This document shows, in pieces, positions 52,740-64,000 of a DNA stretch of 64,000 nucleotides. Every line of letters begins with the position of its first letter. Within the stretch, counting starts at the first letter, position 1. The position numbers and the translations under genes are program-made. Under the pieces are notes generated by a model. That model was not told where the DNA came from. It searched no databases and saw only the letters and a list, made by a program, of their open reading frames with translations. Source of the DNA: an uncultured Planctomycetaceae bacterium (GTDB taxonomy: Bacteria; Planctomycetota; Planctomycetia; Planctomycetales; Planctomycetaceae); assembly GCA_963813715.1 (NCBI GenBank), contig CAWFAK010000005.1, forward strand, positions 64,001 through 128,000, read 5' to 3'.

Positions 52740-53399
52740 ATGCGGCTCTCCATTCAACCCGGCGATCGACAATTCCTGGAACGCCTCCACGAAATGGGTG
52801 GCGGCACCGTTCAGGACATCTGCCACGCCCAGGGCGTGACTGCCACGGCCGTTCGCCATCGGCTGGTGCGGTTGCAGGAGGCCGGATTCGTCACCCGCGA
52901 GCTTGCGCCGTCCAAGCGCGGCCGCCCCCACCACGTTTATCGCGTGACGCGCAACGCGCTCCGCGAAATGGGCGACAACTACGCCGAGTTGGCTCAGATC
53001 CTCTGGCGTGAAATACGAAACATCGAAGAGCCGGCGATTCGCGAACGTCTGGCCAGCCGCGTGCAGAACGCGCTGGTCGACCAAATCCGCAAAGTTTCCC
53101 CGACCGCTCCGCTGAGCGTTCGGCTCGCGGAGCTGGCGGCCGCCCTGCGGGAGCGCGGCTTTCAAGTCGACACGGACAATAGCGGACTCTTGCCGGTCCT
53201 CCGCGAGAACAACTGCCCGTATTACGAACTGGCGTCCGAGGATCCGGGCATCTGCGAGCTGGAGCAGGCGGTGTTCCGCAAGGTGCTCAATGCCGACGTG
53301 CGGCTCACGCAGTGTTGCCTCAATGGACATTCGTGCTGCGAGTTCCAGGCGGGTGAGTTGCGACAGGTGAATTGCCGACGGGCGAGTTTAGACAGGTGA
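52740..53399 (+). CDS. sufR: SufR-like HTH regulator with Fe-S Cys motif
   Basis: HTH ([11 protein letters not shown]), [27 protein letters not shown]; first gene of the suf operon. Confidence 0.78.
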   Translation: MRLSIQPGDRQFLERLHEMGGGTVQDICHAQGVTATAVRHRLVRLQEAGFVTRELAPSKRGRPHHVYRVTRNALREMGDNYAELAQILWREIRNIEEPAIRERLASRVQNALVDQIRKVSPTAPLSVRLAELAAALRERGFQVDTDNSGLLPVLRENNCPYYELASEDPGICELEQAVFRKVLNADVRLTQCCLNGHSCCEFQAGELRQVNCRRASLDR

Positions 53400-53539
53400 G
53401 CTTCAAGCGGGCGAGCCGGCCCTCGTGGGGAGCGGCTCGTCGGGCGGCGGAATTGATTGAATTGTGAATCGACCTTGCTACAGTTGATGGACTTTTTCGC
53501 GGCCAAAACAGCTGAGAATTCGGGACATAGGACACGATC

Positions 53540-54091
53540 ATGACGTGGATCGACGGGCGGTTTGAAGAGAACGTCATCACGACCACGCTCGAACAGGCCA
53601 TGAACTGGGCCAAGCAATCGAGCGTGTGGCCGATGACCTTCGGACTGGCGTGCTGCGCCATCGAAATGATGGCGACCGGTGCGAGTCGGTTCGACCTCGA
53701 TCGCTTCGGCGCTGGCGCCTTTCGCGCCACGCCGCGACAAGCCGACCTGATGATCGTCGCCGGCACAGTGACCTACAAGATGGCCAGCCGAGTGCGTCGC
53801 CTGTACGAGCAAATGCCCGATCCGAAGTACGTGATCGCGATGGGCGCCTGCACGGTCGGTGGCGGACCGTACTTCAAGTACGGCTATCACGTCGTGAAGG
53901 GCGTCGACCTGGTCGTGCCGGTGGATGTGTACGTTCCCGGTTGCCCGCCGCGGCCCGAAGCGCTGCTCGAGGGCGTGATGCGAATCCAGGATAAGATCAA
54001 GGCCCAGAGGATCACCAAGGGCACGCCGACCGTGCTGCCAGTGCCGCACCACAGCGGTTATGCGGCAGTCTCGGACCTGGTTGAAGTCTAA
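53540..54091 (+). CDS. nuoB: NADH-quinone oxidoreductase subunit B
   Basis: [42 protein letters not shown]. Confidence 0.95.
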   Translation: MTWIDGRFEENVITTTLEQAMNWAKQSSVWPMTFGLACCAIEMMATGASRFDLDRFGAGAFRATPRQADLMIVAGTVTYKMASRVRRLYEQMPDPKYVIAMGACTVGGGPYFKYGYHVVKGVDLVVPVDVYVPGCPPRPEALLEGVMRIQDKIKAQRITKGTPTVLPVPHHSGYAAVSDLVEV

Positions 54092-54292
54092 GCGAAGTTT
54101 GCGAAGCCCGGCTTCGGCGCTTTGAAGCCGGGCATAAAAATAAGGCGGGGGCGGAAACCACGGCCGCCAGTCCGCGAGTTACATGACAGCAAAGTGAGAG
54201 GCGCCGTCTCGATACGGCCAACAGGCACGATCGGGCGGGGCAAGAGCCGACCGGTCGCGAGCGAAAAACAGTCGGGGGACGAGTCGAGCATC

Positions 54293-55159
<867 letters not shown>

Positions 55160-55241
55160 ACACGAAACGAAACAGGCAAGAAACGAAACAGACAAAACAC
55201 GAAAGAGTACCAAGAGGGCAAACCTGCCCCTGGAGACAGTT

Positions 55242-56652
<1,411 letters not shown>

Positions 56653-56657
56653 TTGCA

Positions 56658-56764
56658 GTGGGAGGGCGAGACGCTCGCTGAGCCGCACTTTCTCGCCAAT
56701 TCGCCCGTTCTTCGGAGAAGGGGCTGCGGTGAGAAACCGTGGCTCGGCAGAGCCTCGGCTTCCC
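56658..56764. repeat. REPIN-like inverted repeat pair, copy 2 (diverged)
   Basis: GTGGGAGGGCGAGACGCTCGCTGAGCC ... GGCTCGGCAGAGCCTCGGCTTCCC between sufB and sufD. Confidence 0.65.
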
Positions 56765-56781
56765 TCGAGTTTTTCAAGATC

Positions 56782-58135
56782 ATGCCCGCACCATCGACTG
56801 CACCGCCTTCGCCGACCTCAGCATCCGCCGCGTCCGTCGGCCTTCGACCGCGCCGCGTTCGAGGCGTTTTTGAAAGCGCGCAACGAACCCGGCTGGATCA
56901 CCGACGCGCGCCGGAAGGCATTCGACATCTACTCGCAAAAGCTCGACGTGCCCCTCGATCCGGAGGAATTCAAGCGGGTCGACCTGCGGGCGTTTCGCCC
57001 CGACGATTACCGGCTGATCCCCTCGACGGCGGCCGCCGCGTCGGCCGAGTTCGCGACGCTCTTGGCCGACCGGGCCCGTTTCGCCGGCGGAGTGGCCCAC
57101 GTGAACGGGCAGGCGACGCGGGCCACGCTCGACGAAAAACTGTCTCGGCAAGGCGTGCTCTTTGGCGACCTGGCGACGCTCGCGCGCGAGCATCGCGCGA
57201 TCTTCGAGCCGCACCTGATGACGCGTGCCGTCCGCCCCGAGACGAATCGCTTCTCCGCCTGGCACGCCGCCTTCTGGACCGGCGGCACCGTGCTCTACGT
57301 TCCGCGGCGCGTCGAGATCACAGAACCGCTGCACAGCCTGATCGGCCTGGCCGAGGCCGGTGCGGCCGACTTCAGCCATACGCTCGTGATCCTCGAAGAA
57401 GACGCGTCCGCCACGCTCTTGGAAGAGACGGCCTCCGCGCAGGCTGACGCTCCGGGCATGCACGTCGGCGCGGTCGAGCTGTTGATTGGTCCGAACTCGC
57501 AGCTCCGCTACGTGCAACTGCAAAACTGGAGCCCGCGGACCTACCACTTCGCCCATCAGGCCGGCCACGTCGACCGCGGGGCCCGCCTGCAGTGGACGGT
57601 CGGCGGCCTGGGCGCGCGGCTGGCCCACATTCATCAGCACGTCTCGCTCGACGGCGCGGGAGCCGAGGCCCAGGTCAACGGCGTCACCTTCGCCACCGAC
57701 CGCCAGCACATCTCCTACTACACGCAGCAGACGCACCGGGCCCCCAGCACGACGAGCGACCTCTTGTACAAAGAGGTGCTCCGCGACAAAGCCCGCGTCA
57801 CCTGGCGGGGCATGATCAAAGTCGAAAAAGCCGCCCAAAAGACCGACGGCTACCAGCGGAGCGACGCCCTCTTGCTCAGTTCGACGGCCCGAGCCGACTC
57901 GATTCCCGGACTGGAGATCGAGGCCGACGACGTCCGCTGCACGCACGGCGCCACGGCCGGCCGCGTCGACGAAGAGCAGATCTTCTACTGCATGTGCCGG
58001 GCGATGTCGCGATTCGAGGCCATGCACATGATCGTCGAGGGCTTCTTCCACTCGATCTACGACCGCATCCCGGTCGAAGCCGTCCGCGACACGCTAAGCA
58101 AGACGGTCGAACGCAAGCTGGGCATCGGCCGGTGA
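56782..58135 (+). CDS. sufD: Fe-S assembly protein SufD (apparent frameshift near 56841)
   Basis: EEFKRVDL, AQKTDGYQ, ADSIPGLEIEADDVRCTHGATAG, IVEGF. Confidence 0.92.
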
Positions 58136-58143
58136 GAAACTTC

Positions 58144-58220
58144 GGGAGGGCGAAGCTCCTGCTGAGCCTCTTTTCTCGGCATTGGAGCGAAATGCAGCTC
58201 GGCAGGAGCCTCGCCCTCCC
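58144..58220. repeat. REPIN-like inverted repeat pair, copy 3
   Basis: GGGAGGGCGAAGCTCCTGCTGAGCC ... AGCTCGGCAGGAGCCTCGCCCTCCC. Confidence 0.75.
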
Positions 58221-58249
58221 TTCTGCAAGAAGGACCTCAGGCAGCTGAT

Positions 58250-58564
58250 ATGTCCGACTTCGAGGAAATCGCCCGCATCGACGAAATCCCGCCCGGCGGC
58301 CGCAAATCGGTGATCATCGACGAAACGCCCGCGCTCTTGTTGCGCGTCGGCGACGCCTTCTACGCCATCGAAGACGTCTGCACGCACGACGGCCAGCCCC
58401 TCACCGACGGTCCGCTGCAAGGCTGCGAAATCACCTGCCCCCGCCACGGAGCCCGCTTCGACATCCGCACCGGCAAACCCCTCTGCATGCCGGCGACCGA
58501 ACCCGTGCGGACGTTCGAGATCGAGGTGCGTGGGAACGTGGTGTTCGCTCGCCCGCGCGACTAA
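58250..58564 (+). CDS. Rieske-type [2Fe-2S] ferredoxin
   Basis: CTHD and CPRHGARFD ligand motifs. Confidence 0.93.
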   Translation: MSDFEEIARIDEIPPGGRKSVIIDETPALLLRVGDAFYAIEDVCTHDGQPLTDGPLQGCEITCPRHGARFDIRTGKPLCMPATEPVRTFEIEVRGNVVFARPRD

Positions 58565-58592
58565 TAACACGAGGGCCCAGTAGAATCGGGCC

Positions 58593-59539
58593 ATGAAACG
58601 AATCTCGCGGCTGTCTCCAATTCTCTCTCAGCGCCGTTTATTCGTGGCGGTGCACTCGTCGCCTTCAATGTTGGTTCCGAGGGCACGATCTATTTGGTTG
58701 TGGCGCTTCAGCCGCTCGACTACCGCGAATCGGAATTGATCGCGAGTTTTCCGAAGACGATCTCCGCTCAGCCTCAAACCTATCGGGTCGTGGGCTTGGC
58801 CGGAAAAGAGATCGTTCTCGACGTGATAATCGAAAGAGAGCCATTCAATATCTACGACGTTCAACCGCTCCGTGATGAACTGCTCCTTGTTTGCGTGAGA
58901 TCGCAATACAGGGGGCCCGGCGACTTCGATCGCAACGGGCGAGTCTATAAGCGCGATGGAACCTTCGCCCGGGAAATCTTGCTGGGCGACGGCATTCAAT
59001 CGGTTCAGACGACGTCCGCCGGTGTGGTTTGGACCAGCTACTTTGACGAAGGCGTTTTCGGCAACTTCGGCTGGCAGCGACCCGTCGGTGAGTGCGGACT
59101 CGTTGCGTGGAGTTCTGGCGGAGAAAAGCTCTATGAGTTCGAAGCCGGTGAGACATTAGACGCGATTTGTGACTGCTACGCGCTCAATGTCGAAACCGAC
59201 AACGACGTCTGGCTCTACTACTACACCGAGTTCCCGCTCGTCCACTTACGCGACCGCAAGATTGTGGAATCCTGGCTGATGCCGGTCTCTGGGAGCAATG
59301 CATTCGCCATTTCGGGCAATCATGCGTTATTTCGAGGCGGCTACAAGGACCGAGACACGCTTCACCTGTTCCGCCTCGGCAACGATGGGGATGTGACGCC
59401 CGTCGCGGACATTGAACTGCAAACCGAGAAGGGCGACGCCCTCTCCGCGAGCCACGTGGTGGGCCGTGCTGACTCCATTCATTTCATTAGCGGCGATTCG
59501 CTGTACCGAGTTGATGTAGGCACCGCTGCGACATCGTGA
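58593..59539 (+). CDS. Hypothetical protein (possible beta-propeller; probable frameshift near 58625)
   Basis: ORF 58694..59539 with LGDGIQ, WTSYFDEGVFG and DCYALN; upstream ATG at 58593 is in another frame. Confidence 0.6.
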
Positions 59540-59609
59540 TGCGTTCCAGCCTGTGACGAGTGAGCCGAGCCATCGACACATGAACGACACCGTGTTTTGA
59601 CTTCGGCGA

Positions 59610-60545
59610 TCAAGTGTCCTCGCGCGCCGCCCCGATTCCCGCCGCTTTCACCGCGTACGACACCTTCGACCACCGCCACGCCCAGAAGAGGCGATTGGCG
59701 CCCCAGAGGGCGACGATGGCGGCGGCGATCGGCAGGAGCCATTCGAGGATGCGGTTGGAGGAGCGTTCGAGGATGCCCGTTTTGGGGACGTAGATCGGCG
59801 TGCCGTCCGGGCCGGTGATGATTTCGCCTTTGTCGCCCAGGAGTTCGTCCTTGTAGCGGACGAAGAGGGCCAGGCCGGCGGCGCCGAGCACCGTCTTCGG
59901 ATGCTGCTCGATGAATTGGGCCACTCGCTTTAAGAGGCCCGTCTTCTCGGACGCGGGAAGGGCGGTGAAGCTTTTGGCTTCGCTCGACTTCACGAGCTGG
60001 ATGACGGCGTCGGTGTCGTAGCGTTTGCTCGCCTGGACGCCGGCGGCGCCCAGCCTTTCGACAACTTCGACGCCGACTCCCGGATGCCGGGCGGCCGCCT
60101 CGAGCGCGGCGGGCGTCAACTCGCTGCCCAGTCGTTCGAGCACGGCCCGCTCTTCGGGACGCAACAGGGCTCGCAGGGCGCTCGGGGCCAGTTCGGGTGA
60201 AACGCGTTCGGCCAAGAGGGCGAGGCGCGGAGCGACTTGGGCCGCGCGAATCGCGTCGACGCCGTACGACTTGCTGAGCTTAACGAGCGTTTGGACGCCG
60301 GCCTCGCCGCTCTCGCGGGCCACTTGCTCGAACACGTCGCGAACGGCTGTTTCGCCGCCGAATTCGGCCAGCTCTTTGGCCATCGTCTTCGCGCCTTGCC
60401 GTTCGGCCTGGCCGGCGAAGAATTCGACCGCTTCTTTGGCCGCCGCCCGCACGAGCGTTCCCTCTTGCGCGTGCACCGCCCCGCGCGGCACGACGATCAA
60501 CAGCGTCGCGAGGGGCAACAGCATCCAATTGCGAAAGCTTCTCAT
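59610..60545 (-). CDS. Hypothetical exported/membrane protein
   Basis: Signal peptide ending AVHA, helical Ala/Glu-rich body, C-terminal hydrophobic helix. Confidence 0.7.
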   Translation of the reverse strand: MRSFRNWMLLPLATLLIVVPRGAVHAQEGTLVRAAAKEAVEFFAGQAERQGAKTMAKELAEFGGETAVRDVFEQVARESGEAGVQTLVKLSKSYGVDAIRAAQVAPRLALLAERVSPELAPSALRALLRPEERAVLERLGSELTPAALEAAARHPGVGVEVVERLGAAGVQASKRYDTDAVIQLVKSSEAKSFTALPASEKTGLLKRVAQFIEQHPKTVLGAAGLALFVRYKDELLGDKGEIITGPDGTPIYVPKTGILERSSNRILEWLLPIAAAIVALWGANRLFWAWRWSKVSYAVKAAGIGAAREDT

Positions 60546-60557
60546 GGCCTGGCCTCA

Positions 60558-61684
60558 CTAGAGCGCTCGCAGCGCCGCCTGTGTTTGAATGTCGTAGAAC
60601 TTGTCGGCCGCGCGGTCGAGGGCCTCGCGGAAACCGACCCGCGCGGGTCGATCCGCCGTGGCCGCCACGCCGTCGACCAAATCGCGTTCGAGATTGTCCA
60701 GATAACGCGGTCAATTGCTCGGTCAGATTGGTTTTGAATTTGTCGGTCACCCACCAGTCGACCACCGCTCCGACCGCGAGGCCGGCCCCAACGCCAACCA
60801 CCGCCCCGATCGGCCCGCCCAGCCAACCGGCCGCTCCGCCGAGCGCCGCGCTGCCCGCCGTCGACGAGCCTCCGGCCGCGGCCGCTTCCACGCCGGCAGT
60901 GACCGCTTCGGTGGCCGCCAGGCGGAGGATGAGCTGCGCGACGAGTTGCTCCGCCGCGAACCCGGCCACGCCGTTGCCGATCAGGTTGACCGTCGCATTC
61001 ACCAGCGAATCGGTCGCATCGCTCTGGACGCGATCTGCAATGAAGCGATCGAACTCCCGCTGAAACGACGACAAAGTCGGGCTTGGCAAAATCCAGCTTC
61101 ATGTCGGCCGTGGTGAGGGCGACATTCATCTCGGCCAAGAGCCGATTGCGCGTCGCCGCCACGTCGTCTTTGAATTCGCCCAGGCTCGCCTCGACGGCTG
61201 TTTGCAGCTCGTCCGGCGCGAGGATGTGCCGCTCGAACTTGGCGACCATGTAGTTCTTGACTTCCTCGGAGTCGGCGTCGTCGCCCGCCTTCCAGAAGTT
61301 CTGCCATTTGTCGCGGCCGAGGCGGCGAATAATGCCGAACCGCGTCCGCCACGAGGAAACGTCGTCGACGAAGCCGGGGATGCCCGTGCGAAAGCGGTCG
61401 AACTCCTGGTGCAGCCGCACGAGCGACTTGTCGGCACTCGCGCGATTGCTGGCCCGCGCCTTGTCGATCAACGGCGCCAACTCGCGGCGATAGAACTCGT
61501 CCTTCGAGACGGAGGGCAAAACGATCTGCGGCGTGGGCGGCGGCGCGGCGGATGTGTCGTCCGAGATCGCCGAAGCCGATTCGCGAGCGAGCAACAGCCA
61601 GACCGCGACCAGCCCGGCCGACGCGACCAAGGCCAGACCGCCGGCCGTGATTTGTGAGCGGAGCGAAGGCTGATGCGTGCTCAT
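60558..61684 (-). CDS. Hypothetical membrane protein with glycine zipper (apparent frameshifts near 61070 and 60705)
   Basis: N-terminal TM segment; helical body; GGAAGWLGGPIGAVVGVGAGLAVGAVVDWW. Confidence 0.62.
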
Positions 61685-62056
61685 AAACGGCTCGATGTCG
61701 GGACGACTTCTCGGCGACGACGCAAGATTCGCAGTCCGTGGCGACAGCCCCGCCGCGAGCCGGGCAGGGACCGAAAACGCCCGGCGTGAATTGTAGGAGG
61801 GGGCGGGGTCCGTAAAGACAAGGGTGGCTGCGAGCACCGGCCAAATTCGGCCGGAGAACGCGGCTGAACTGCGTAAAGCTCTCCGGGCAAACGAGAGCAA
61901 TTTGGCCAGACGCGCCGTGCGCGGCAGCGGTTGGACAAATTGTGTGTCGGTCTCTAATTTCCAAGGACTCTTTGTCGGCATCGTCGATTCGGGCAGTGTT
62001 GCCCGCAGCAACCGCCGACCTCCCTACAAGACGCGAAGAATCCAGGACACTCGGCC

Positions 62057-62431
62057 ATGGAATCTGTGCAACGCGCAGTGCTCGGCGGCATTTTCTTGAA
62101 GGCCCGCGATCCGAAGAAGCTGGCCGACTGGTATCGCCAGAGCTTGGGAATTCCCCTCGAAGAGGGGCAGACCTACGCGTCCTTCCTGTCTGAGGGAGCG
62201 GGCGAAATGACGGTTTGGTCCACCTTCCCGGCCGACACCAAGTATTTCGGCACGCCCTCGCCCTTCATGGTGAACTACCGCGTGCGGGATCTCGACGCCA
62301 TGCTGGCTCAACTCCGCGCGGCGGGTGCCCAAGTCGACGACAAGGTCGAAGACTACGACTACGGCCGCTTCGCCTGGGCCACCGATCCGGAAGGCAACCG
62401 ATTCGAACTGTGGCAGCCATTGCCGGGGTGA
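62057..62431 (+). CDS. VOC/glyoxalase family protein
   Basis: GGIFLKARDP, FMVNYRVRDLD, YGRFAWATDPEGNRFELWQP. Confidence 0.92.
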   Translation: MESVQRAVLGGIFLKARDPKKLADWYRQSLGIPLEEGQTYASFLSEGAGEMTVWSTFPADTKYFGTPSPFMVNYRVRDLDAMLAQLRAAGAQVDDKVEDYDYGRFAWATDPEGNRFELWQPLPG

Positions 62432-62701
62432 CACGCGCCCGGCGTCGCGCTCGAATCGACTGCGAAATCGCGTGCCGTCCCGGCAAGCGGCGAAACTTCG
62501 GCGAACTCAGTCGAGTCGCGATCAGCCCGATGGTGCTTCGATTCGACGCGGATCCTTATCGCAGCGGGTAGTCGCGCCTTGCCGATCTCCAATTGAGGCA
62601 CCTGCCGGCTGACGCCGCCGGCTCGTCGAGTCGTGCAGTCGGTCAGGAGTTCGTTCGATTTCCATCCCTCCGCCGCGCCGCCAATTGCCGTCGCGGAACC
62701 T

Positions 62702-62733
62702 ATTGTTGAAAAATAATTGATGTTTTCAACAAT
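62702..62733. promoter_or_regulatory. Perfect 11-bp inverted repeat, candidate autoregulatory operator
   Basis: ATTGTTGAAAA-N10-TTTTCAACAAT, ending 18 nt before the regulator start. Confidence 0.7.
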
Positions 62734-62751
62734 GGCCGTTATCTTGGAAGC

Positions 62752-63348
62752 GTGAAACCCAAACCGGCAAAGGCAGACTGTCTCAGCGAACGGCGACGGC
62801 TGGCCGCGATCGCTTCGCCGTCGCGGATGGAGATCATCGGTGCGCTGCGGATGCACGGTCCGCGGTCGATCCGCGAGTTGGCCGCCCAGTTGGACCGGCC
62901 GGCCGACGGGCTCTATCACCACGTGCGGACGCTGCTCAAGGCGGGCATCCTGGTCGAGCGCGGACAGCGCAAGGTCGGCCGGCGGACCGAGGCCGTCTAC
63001 GAACTGACGGCCGAACGCATCGCCGGCCGCCTGGATCCCAAATCGGCCCAGAGCAAGGCGGCCGCCGTTCGTGCCGGCTCGGCCGCGCTGCGACTGGCGC
63101 ACCGCGAGTTCCGCACGGCGATCGAGACCGATGCGATGACCCTCACGCGAGGGCTGCCCAACATCCGTGCCTCGCGGCAGAAAGTCTGGCTCACGGACAA
63201 GGGCCTCGTCGAATTGCATCGTTTGCTCGGACAGGTCGAGCAGTTGCTCACTGCGGACAGCAACGTGAAGCGCGGCCGTCCCCATGCACTCACGATTGTT
63301 CTGGCTCCCTGCGTGAAACGAAGGGTATTTCGCCATGGTGCTCGCTAA
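62752..63348 (+). CDS. ArsR-like winged-helix regulator
   Basis: AIASPSRMEII, SIRELAAQL, LYHHVRTLLKAGIL, EAVY. Confidence 0.85.
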   Translation: MKPKPAKADCLSERRRLAAIASPSRMEIIGALRMHGPRSIRELAAQLDRPADGLYHHVRTLLKAGILVERGQRKVGRRTEAVYELTAERIAGRLDPKSAQSKAAAVRAGSAALRLAHREFRTAIETDAMTLTRGLPNIRASRQKVWLTDKGLVELHRLLGQVEQLLTADSNVKRGRPHALTIVLAPCVKRRVFRHGAR

Positions 63349-64000
63349 TTCGCTGACGTCGACCACGCCGCTCTCGGCCCTCGGTCTGGTCTGTGTCACG
63401 GTCGCCTCGGTGCTGATGCAGACGACGGGCTCGTCCGCGGCCGAACGAGACGACACGCCCGCGATTCTGGCCCGGATTCGCCATGCGATCGGCTCCCCGG
63501 CGCTTGCCGCCTTCCCGCACGGCGTGCTCATCGAAGGCGTGGCCCAGTATCAGGGTCTGTCGGGGCCGTACACGCTGCTGAGCGATTCGCGGGGAAGATT
63601 CGTGCAGACGATTCGCCTGGCGCGGGACCAGATCGTCGGGTTCGACGGCACGACGGCCTGGGGCGTCGATTGGTCTGGCACCCCCCGCGTGCTCGAGCTG
63701 GCCGATCTCGAGACGGTGCAAACGGAAATGTGGATCCGCACGGGCCGCTGGCTGGCCGAAGACGGCCCCTTCCACATCTCCGTCCGAGAGGACGCGGGCA
63801 AGGCGTCGCCACTGCGACTGCACCTGAAGCTCAAGCAGGGCCTGCGCGAGCTGGACCTCGACGTCGATCGATCGACCTGGTTGCCCACCCGAATGACGGC
63901 GCGGCGCCTCGGAACGGAGGAGACCTGGGACTTCGGCTATCGCGTCCACTTAGGCATGACACTGCCGCAGCACACGATCCACCACCTGGGCGGCGCGGCC
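63335..64000 (+). CDS. Secreted hypothetical protein, 3'-truncated
   Basis: ATG at 63335 overlaps the regulator end; hydrophobic N-terminus; GFDGTTAW; frame appears open to the window edge. Confidence 0.6.
   Translation, partial: MVLANSLTSTTPLSALGLVCVTVASVLMQTTGSSAAERDDTPAILARIRHAIGSPALAAFPHGVLIEGVAQYQGLSGPYTLLSDSRGRFVQTIRLARDQIVGFDGTTAWGVDWSGTPRVLELADLETVQTEMWIRTGRWLAEDGPFHISVREDAGKASPLRLHLKLKQGLRELDLDVDRSTWLPTRMTARRLGTEETWDFGYRVHLGMTLPQHTIHHLGGAA

Noticed and set aside
55160..55200. Short A-rich direct repeat GAAACGAAACAG between sufC and sufB
   Set aside because: Only two copies; compatible with simple slippage.

Overview
GC-rich bacterial DNA, most likely a planctomycete (LExRxMLS extracellular motif, planctomycete-style lipoprotein and REP-like repeats). 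About 20 single-base indels, mostly in short homopolymers and some in housekeeping genes (carA, sufB, sufD, truD), look like long-read errors, so split ORFs are merged below. In order: atypical TrxB-like reductase plus orphan PTS enzyme I; Tat-DUF1330-haloalkane dehalogenase fusion and arylsulfatase; stand-alone Thr-type A-T-TE NRPS; ada/alkA-ogt; lipoprotein and multicopper oxidase; an 18.6 kb tandem array of four large S53 (sedolisin-like) peptidases with ~120-aa beta-rich repeats; Zn-ADH; FHA-GAF histidine kinase and degenerate receiver; SDR/thiolase/CoA-transferase; ndk, carA, ArsR; a C39 peptidase-RimK-GCS2-formylglutamate amidohydrolase-truD operon; a 28-aa basic micro-ORF; cytochrome P460; DUF971 divergent from a sufR-nuoB-sufC-sufB-sufD-Rieske operon; hypothetical genes, a VOC protein and an ArsR-like regulator. 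The most striking item is the S53 array: no classical propeptide, shared N-terminal and C-terminal motifs, and a position-conserved upstream hairpin. Functional calls come from recognising motifs by eye; no searches were run. No rRNA, tRNA, CRISPR or transposase was recognised.
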